A DNA stretch of 64,000 nucleotides from Thermodesulfobacteriota bacterium. Lineage in GTDB: Bacteria > Desulfobacterota > BSN033 > UBA1163. The position numbers were made by a program, and so were the translations under genes. Shown here one piece after another: positions 58,237-64,000 of the stretch; position 1 is the stretch's first letter; each line of letters opens with the position of its first letter. The notes under the pieces are model-generated. The model was not told where the DNA came from, searched no databases, and saw only the letters and a list, made by a program, of their open reading frames with translations. Location of the stretch: positions 9,727 through 73,726 of the forward strand of contig DAIPKW010000002.1 in assembly GCA_036769565.1 (NCBI GenBank), written 5' to 3'.

Positions 58237-60861
58237 TCAAATGAGATCATCAATGGCTTTAAGCGCCTCGTCCAATCTTTCCGGATCGGTCCCTCCGGCT
58301 TGGGCAAAATCGGGCCGACCTCCTCCTGTTCCTTTCACATGAAGGGCCACTTTTTTGACCAGCTCATTGGCTTTGAATCGGGAGGTCAGATCTTCGGTGA
58401 TGCCCATCAACAGTGAAACCTTGGTCTCACTCTGGCTTCCCAAAAGGATGATCCCTGAACCGATCTTTCCCTTCAATTGATCCACATACTCCCTTAATCG
58501 CTTTGGATCCTTTCCGTCTACTCGGGCTGATAAAACCTTTATGCCTTTCACCTCTTTGACCAGCGAAAGCAGGTTCAAGATCTCCTGATTTGCCATCTTC
58601 GACTGATAGGACTCAATCTCCCTCTCCAACTCCTTCTGACGCTGTAGCAGTCGCTCCACCCTCACCACAATCTCATTGAGAGGCGATTTCAGTGAAGAGG
58701 CAATCCCCTCGAGTTGATGCTCCACCTGCCTAATAAATTGATACGCCCCTTCACCGGTGAGGGCTTCGATTCTTCTCACGCCAGCAGCCACACCGGACTC
58801 GTGAAGGATTTTGAAGATGCCAATATCGCCTGTCCGCCCTGTGTGTGTGCCTCCGCAGAGTTCGATGCTGAAATCCGAGACCCGGACGACTCTCACCTTC
58901 TCTCCGTATTTCTCTCCAAAGAGGGCCATGGCTCCAGTCTGAAGAGCCTCCTCCACATCCATGATCTTCGTTTCGACCTTCATGTTCTGCCGGATCTTCT
59001 GGTTGACCATCGCCTCAATCTGTTCAAGGTCTTTCCTTTCGATAGGAGCGAAATGAGTGAAGTCAAATCGCAATCGGTCCGGAGCCACCAGAGAGCCAGC
59101 CTGATGAACATGGTTTCCCAAAATCTCCCTCAGCACGGCTTGAAGCAGATGGGTGGCAGTATGATTGAGCGCAATGGCCTGCCTTCGCTCCTGATCCACC
59201 TTCAGGGTCGCCTCCATCCCAACGTCCACCTTGCCCCTTTTCACCCGTACCCGATGGACGATTAGACCCTCCAGCGGTCTGAGCGTATCTTCCACTTCCA
59301 GAGAGAAGTTCTCCTGAAAGATGATCCCCTTATCTCCGACCTGCCCTCCGGTCTCTCCATAAAAGGGCGTCTTTTCAGTCAGGACTTCGACTTCCTCTCC
59401 TTCGATGGCAGAGGAGATCAACTCATCCCCTTTGATCAGTTTCACGATCTTCGATTCGCACTGGGTCTCCTCATACCCTACAAATCCGGTGAATACCCCC
59501 TCATTGAAAAGGCGCCGATATATCTCCTTGGTCTTTCCCTCTCCGATCCCCTGCCAGGACTGTTTGCTCTTCTGTCTCTGCTCTTCCATCTGTGTCTTAA
59601 ACCCCTCCTCATCAAAACGCATCCCTTCTTCCTGGAGAATCTCGGTGGTCAGGTCGAGAGGAAAACCATAAGTGTCGTAAAGGCGGAAGGCTATCTCTCC
59701 GGAAAGGACCTTTCCCTTCTCTTTTCTCAATCGGTCCAGTTCTTCTCTCAGAATCCTTAATCCCGAATCGAGCGTCTCTGAAAAACGCTCCTCCTCATTA
59801 CGGATCACTTTGGAGACGATCGCCTCGGTCTCCCTCAATTCGGGGTAAGCATCCTTCATTAGATCCACGACCTTCTTGGAGGTCTGATAGAGAAAAGGAT
59901 GCTCAATGCCAAGCATCTTGCCATGTCTCATCGCCCTTCGCATAATCCGGCGAAGCACATAGCCTCTGCCCTCATTTGAGGGTAGAACGCCATCGTTGAT
60001 CAAAAAGGCGGATGCCCGGCTGTGATCGGCAATGACCCGCATGGAGATATCGGCTTTAGGATCTTTCCCATAGGCGAGGTGGCTGATCTCTCCAATCTCT
60101 TGGATGATCGGAACGAAGAGGTCGGTCTCAAAGTTACTCTTCACGCCCTGAAGAATGGCAGAGATTCGCTCTAATCCCATGCCTGTATCGATACAGGGCT
60201 TTGCAAGAGGGGTCATCTTGCCCTGAGCGTCACGGTTGAACTGCATGAAGACGAGGTTCCAAAGTTCGAGGTAGCGGTCGCAGTCGCATCCCACAGCGCA
60301 ATCAGGCCGACCGCAACCCATGGACTCTCCCTGATCGATCACGATCTCAGAGCAGGGTCCACAGGGCCCTGTCTCCCCCATGGCCCAGAAGTTATCCTTC
60401 TCCCCTAACCGAACGATCCGGTCTGCTGGAATGCCAATCTTACGCCAGAGGTCGAAGGCCTCGTCGTCATCGAGATAGATGGTGATCCACATCTTATCCG
60501 CAGGAAGTCTCCATTCTCGAATGAGAAGGTCCCATGCCATCTCAATGGCGCCCTCCTTAAAGTAGTCGCCAAAAGAGAAGTTCCCTAACATCTCGAAGAA
60601 GGTGTGGTGACGGGCCGTCTTGCCTACATTTTCAAGATCATTATGCTTGCCTCCAGCGCGAACGCACTTCTGGGAGGTGGCAGCGCGGACATAGTCCCGG
60701 GTCTCTTCAGCTAAAAAGACCCCTTTGAACTGAACCATTCCGGCATTGGTGAAGAGCAGGGTGGGATCATTTCTGGGAACGAGCGACGAACTGGAAACGA
60801 CCCGGTGATTTCTCACCTCAAAGTATTTGAGAAAGGCCCTTCGAATCTCATCCGAGGTCAT
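58237..60861 (-). CDS. alaS: Alanine--tRNA ligase
   Basis: LLFTNAGMVQFK, HHTFFEMLGNFSFGDYFK, ELCGGTH and GGGRPDFAQAGG. Confidence 0.99.
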   Translation of the reverse strand: MTSDEIRRAFLKYFEVRNHRVVSSSSLVPRNDPTLLFTNAGMVQFKGVFLAEETRDYVRAATSQKCVRAGGKHNDLENVGKTARHHTFFEMLGNFSFGDYFKEGAIEMAWDLLIREWRLPADKMWITIYLDDDEAFDLWRKIGIPADRIVRLGEKDNFWAMGETGPCGPCSEIVIDQGESMGCGRPDCAVGCDCDRYLELWNLVFMQFNRDAQGKMTPLAKPCIDTGMGLERISAILQGVKSNFETDLFVPIIQEIGEISHLAYGKDPKADISMRVIADHSRASAFLINDGVLPSNEGRGYVLRRIMRRAMRHGKMLGIEHPFLYQTSKKVVDLMKDAYPELRETEAIVSKVIRNEEERFSETLDSGLRILREELDRLRKEKGKVLSGEIAFRLYDTYGFPLDLTTEILQEEGMRFDEEGFKTQMEEQRQKSKQSWQGIGEGKTKEIYRRLFNEGVFTGFVGYEETQCESKIVKLIKGDELISSAIEGEEVEVLTEKTPFYGETGGQVGDKGIIFQENFSLEVEDTLRPLEGLIVHRVRVKRGKVDVGMEATLKVDQERRQAIALNHTATHLLQAVLREILGNHVHQAGSLVAPDRLRFDFTHFAPIERKDLEQIEAMVNQKIRQNMKVETKIMDVEEALQTGAMALFGEKYGEKVRVVRVSDFSIELCGGTHTGRTGDIGIFKILHESGVAAGVRRIEALTGEGAYQFIRQVEHQLEGIASSLKSPLNEIVVRVERLLQRQKELEREIESYQSKMANQEILNLLSLVKEVKGIKVLSARVDGKDPKRLREYVDQLKGKIGSGIILLGSQSETKVSLLMGITEDLTSRFKANELVKKVALHVKGTGGGRPDFAQAGGTDPERLDEALKAIDDLI

Positions 60862-62060
60862 CTTTTTAAACCCATGCCTCCCATCTTTGGATCGAGCTTT
60901 GGATCGAGCGGCCTTCCCGGTCTCGCCTTCTTCTCCCCCTCTTTCTCTTTTCCAAACGTCTCGAAATCATCCCAGGACGTATCGCTCGTCGCAAGAATTC
61001 CTTTCACTCTCAAGGAAAAGTCATCTGGGTTGCTGCAATGCTTGAGGGCCTCCTCGTAGGTGATCAGATTCTGTTTCATCAGGAACATCAGCGACTGGTC
61101 GAAAGTCTGCATTCCGTAAGTCGTCTGTCCCTTGGAGATAGCGTCGTTGAGCTCGTTCGTCTTATCTTTCTCAATGATGCACTCCCTCACTCGGGCTGTG
61201 GAGACCAAGACCTCCACGGCTGGAACCCGTCCCATTCCATCCGCCCTTGGAACGAGCCTCTGAGAGATCACACCTTTGAGGACGGCGGCTAATTGGAGCC
61301 TCACCTGTTTCTGGTGGTAAGGAGGAAAGACAGAGATGATACGGGTGATCGTCTCCGTGGCATTGAGGGTATGGAGGGTGGACATGACGAGATGGCCTGT
61401 CTCCGCTGCGGTTAGAGCGGTCTCGATCGTCTCAAAGTCCCTCATCTCGCCGACCAGGATCACATCCGGGTCCTGCCGCAGGGCCACCCGCAAGGCACTG
61501 GCGAAAGAGCTGGTATCCGACCCAACCTCCCGTTGGTCAACGATCGATTGCTTGTCATCGTGGATGAACTCGATCGGATCTTCAATCGTGATGATATGGC
61601 AATTCCGACTTCTATTAATAATGTCAACCATAGAAGCAAGAGTCGTTGACTTGCCGCTACCGGTCGTTCCCGTGACGAGGATGAGCCCCCTGTTTTCAAG
61701 GGAGATCTTGCCAATCACTGGAGGCAGGTGGAGTTCCTCTAAGGTTTTGATCTGATAGGGAACGATTCGAAGGGCAATGGAGAGTTTCCCTCTCTGCTGG
61801 TAGACATTGATCCGGAATCGGCCCAGACCGTGGACCTCGTAGCCCATATCAACTTCCCGGTTCTTGATGAACCGCTCTTTCTGCCAGTCGTTCATCAGAC
61901 CGTAAGCCATCTTCGAAAGATCTTCATGATCGAAGGGTTTTACGTTTTGATGAGGCTGCAGGGTGCCATTGATTCTGAAGATAGGAGGGGCACCTTCTTT
62001 GAAATGAACATCAGATGCCTCGTTCTCTAAGGCGTCCATCAGGATTTCGTTGAGATCCAT
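60858..62060 (-). CDS. pilT: PilT/PilU-family type IV pilus ATPase
   Basis: VTGTTGSGKSTTLA, ITIEDPIE, LRQDPDVILVGEMRD and STLHT. The canonical AIRNLIRE motif is replaced by RVRECIIE, so this is a paralogue. Confidence 0.88.
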   Translation of the reverse strand: MDLNEILMDALENEASDVHFKEGAPPIFRINGTLQPHQNVKPFDHEDLSKMAYGLMNDWQKERFIKNREVDMGYEVHGLGRFRINVYQQRGKLSIALRIVPYQIKTLEELHLPPVIGKISLENRGLILVTGTTGSGKSTTLASMVDIINRSRNCHIITIEDPIEFIHDDKQSIVDQREVGSDTSSFASALRVALRQDPDVILVGEMRDFETIETALTAAETGHLVMSTLHTLNATETITRIISVFPPYHQKQVRLQLAAVLKGVISQRLVPRADGMGRVPAVEVLVSTARVRECIIEKDKTNELNDAISKGQTTYGMQTFDQSLMFLMKQNLITYEEALKHCSNPDDFSLRVKGILATSDTSWDDFETFGKEKEGEKKARPGRPLDPKLDPKMGGMGLKR

Positions 62061-62131
62061 CTTTGCCTCCATAACCGCCGTGGCGGGATGATTCACACTC
62101 AACTCAGCCTAAATCCGGGAGTTTAGAGAAT

Positions 62132-62190
62132 TTGATTCTTGAACATTCGAATTTTTTTCAGATTTCGATATTCAAATTTCAGATTTTTAA
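62132..62190. repeat. Single arm of a TTCGAA/heptamer-periodic element (family C; full copy at 8990-9153)
   Basis: TTGAACATTCGAATTTTTTTCAGATTTCGATATTCAAATTTCAGATTT parallels 9096-9153. Confidence 0.65.
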
Positions 62191-62201
62191 AGATTCCCTT
62201 C

Positions 62202-63218
62202 TTATTTTGGAGCACCTGCCCTCGAGAGAGAGACGCTTTGAAGAACATCTTTCTCCATCTGTTCAAGGATCTTCGGATTCTCCTTCAAAAACTGCTTTGC
62301 ATTCTCCCTTCCCTGACCGATCCGCTGTCCGCCAAAGGTATACCAGGTTCCGCTCTTCTCCACAATATTCTTCTCCACAGCCAGATCGAGGACATCCCCC
62401 TCTCTCGAAATCCCCTCACCATGGATGAGGTCAAATTCCACCTCTTTGAAAGGAGGGGCGACCTTATTCTTCACCACACGGACCTTGGTTCGGCTGCCAA
62501 TCACATCCTGCCCCAATTTGATAGAGCCGATCCTCCGGACATCGAGACGGACCGAGGAATAGAACTTGAGGGCATTGCCACCGGTCGTCGTCTCTGGATT
62601 TCCGAACATCACACCAATCTTCATCCGGATCTGATTGACGAAGATGACGATCGTATTCGACTTGCTGATGGTTGCCGTCAATTTTCTTAAGGCTTGAGAC
62701 ATTAATCTGGCCTGAAGCCCCATATGGGCATCGCCCATCTCGCCCTCGATCTCCGCTTTTGGAACGAGGGCCGCTACAGAGTCGATGACGATCACATCCA
62801 CGCCACCGCTGCGGACGAGATGTTCCGCAATCTCGAGGGCCTGCTCTCCAGTATCGGGTTGTGAGAGAAGAAGCTCATCCACCTTCACCCCTAATTTCTT
62901 CGCATACTGGACATCGAGCGCATGCTCCGCATCAATAAAGACAGCGATCCCTCCTCTCTTCTGTGCTTCGGCAACAACATGGAGGGCTAAGGTCGTCTTT
63001 CCGGATGCCTCAGGACCGAAAATCTCAATGACCCGTCCCTTGGGTAATCCACCCACACCAAGGGCGATATCGAGGGACAGAGAGCCAGTTGAAATCGTGG
63101 GAATCTCTCCTGGCATGGTTTCCGCACCAAGCTTCATGATGGCGCCTTTGCCGAACTGTTTTTCGATCTGCGAGACCGCCAGATCGACTGCCTTTTTTCT
63201 GCTCGGATCCTCCTTCAT
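62202..63218 (-). CDS. recA: Recombinase A
   Basis: [40 protein letters not shown] and TGGNALKFY. Confidence 0.99.
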   Translation of the reverse strand: MKEDPSRKKAVDLAVSQIEKQFGKGAIMKLGAETMPGEIPTISTGSLSLDIALGVGGLPKGRVIEIFGPEASGKTTLALHVVAEAQKRGGIAVFIDAEHALDVQYAKKLGVKVDELLLSQPDTGEQALEIAEHLVRSGGVDVIVIDSVAALVPKAEIEGEMGDAHMGLQARLMSQALRKLTATISKSNTIVIFVNQIRMKIGVMFGNPETTTGGNALKFYSSVRLDVRRIGSIKLGQDVIGSRTKVRVVKNKVAPPFKEVEFDLIHGEGISREGDVLDLAVEKNIVEKSGTWYTFGGQRIGQGRENAKQFLKENPKILEQMEKDVLQSVSLSRAGAPK

Positions 63219-63229
63219 TCTCCCTCCTT

Positions 63230-63298
63230 TATTTCAGATTTTAGATTTACGATTTCAGATTTTTCAATCTGCAATCTGCGATCCGCAATCTGCAATTT
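63230..63298. repeat. Heptamer-periodic palindrome between thpR and recA
   Basis: TTTCAGA-TTTTAGA-TTTACGA-TTTCAGA versus AATCTGC-AATCTGC-GATCCGC-AATCTGC. Confidence 0.8.
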
Positions 63299-63863
63299 AA
63301 AGGTCTCCAAACTTCACTTCCCTCAATCTGGTATAGACCGCTCCTTCTGGTCTCAGATCACTCTTAAAGAGGACGACCCTTTCGGCATGAAAACTTCCAA
63401 ATTCTTCTTCCCGATACTTCTCCATCTCCTTTAGCAGCTCATCCTTTCCCCGATTTGATCTCATCCTTCCTAAAGTCAGATGGGGATGATATGGGCGATC
63501 CTCAGGTTGAAACCCGATCTTCTGAAGCTCTCCTTCCAACCTCCTCTGAATGGAGACTAAAACCTTCTTCTCATCAGGCAATCCTATCCAGATTACTCTG
63601 GGATTCTTCAAGCTTGGAAAAGCACCGATTCCCTTCACGGTAATCGATATGGAAGGGGTTACCCGAACAGGCTCTTCGATCGCTTGGGTTATCGCATCAA
63701 TCTGCGATTCTTCGATATTTCCAAAAAATTTTAGGGTGAGATGAATATTGCGAGGGCTCACCCATCGGACATCGGCTCTCGCGGACTTTAAATCTTGCTG
63801 AACCTCCCCGATCCTCTTCAAAATCGCTTCCGGAAGCTCAATCGCTAAAAAAGATCGAAGCAA
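63297..63863 (-). CDS. thpR: RNA 2',3'-cyclic phosphodiesterase (2H family)
   Basis: Two HxT motifs (HLTLKFFG, HLTLGR) and position upstream of recA. Confidence 0.93.
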   Translation of the reverse strand: MLRSFLAIELPEAILKRIGEVQQDLKSARADVRWVSPRNIHLTLKFFGNIEESQIDAITQAIEEPVRVTPSISITVKGIGAFPSLKNPRVIWIGLPDEKKVLVSIQRRLEGELQKIGFQPEDRPYHPHLTLGRMRSNRGKDELLKEMEKYREEEFGSFHAERVVLFKSDLRPEGAVYTRLREVKFGDL

Positions 63864-64000
63864 CCAAACCCTCTATGAGAGCGCTCTGAAAGACTAATTT
63901 TTCGCCCTCAGATATTATTGGAAATGATTGATTCGATGTTAACACAAATAGAAAAAAAGTCAATGTTAAAAAGGATTTGGAGACCTTCCCATGGTTCAAT

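Noticed and set aside
454-63298. CRISPR array suggested by the periodic intergenic repeats
   Set aside because: Units are 5-10 nt, degenerate and arranged as inverted arms. There are no 25-45 nt identical repeats with unique spacers and no cas genes.
796-63744. Numerous 60-360 aa ORFs antisense to or overlapping the called genes (e.g. 7311..8402, 13637..14470, 25782..26690, 54348..55235)
   Set aside because: They are shadow frames of well-supported genes and have no recognisable motifs or ribosome-binding sites.
63864-64000. LexA box upstream of thpR-recA
   Set aside because: No convincing match to a LexA motif I can name, and the region is cut by the window end.

Overview
A 64-kb chromosomal window from an anaerobic bacterium, most consistent with Desulfobacterota/Deltaproteobacteria (inferred from gene content, not from a database search). 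Most genes lie on the minus strand. Left: a complex I operon (nuoABCD-HIJKLMN) with no nuoEFG. A SfrB/GltD-like flavoprotein sits between nuoD and nuoH, and a selenocysteine formate dehydrogenase with a NuoG-type Fe-S N-terminus lies just upstream. nuoB itself has an in-frame TGA at the first Cys of the cluster-N2 motif (FGLA-U-CALEM), followed by a SECIS-like hairpin, so NuoB is a candidate selenoprotein. Middle: nfo, a radical SAM gene, abfD, ettA, a nitroreductase, tex and an MFS transporter. These are followed by a sigma54-driven cluster (receiver protein, NuoE-like, NuoF-like, Cys-type FDH), in which the FDH and the receiver protein share a ~70-aa C-terminal helical domain. The divergent GAF-kinase and NtrC-type genes each carry a single-base frameshift. 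Right: a BzdNOPQ-like (class I benzoyl-CoA reductase / 2-hydroxyacyl-CoA dehydratase) cluster with two acyl-CoA ligases and a Liv-type ABC importer, then smc, gltX, alaS, a pilT-family gene, recA and thpR. Intergenic spaces hold many short palindromic repeat families. I found no rRNA, tRNA, CRISPR array or transposase.
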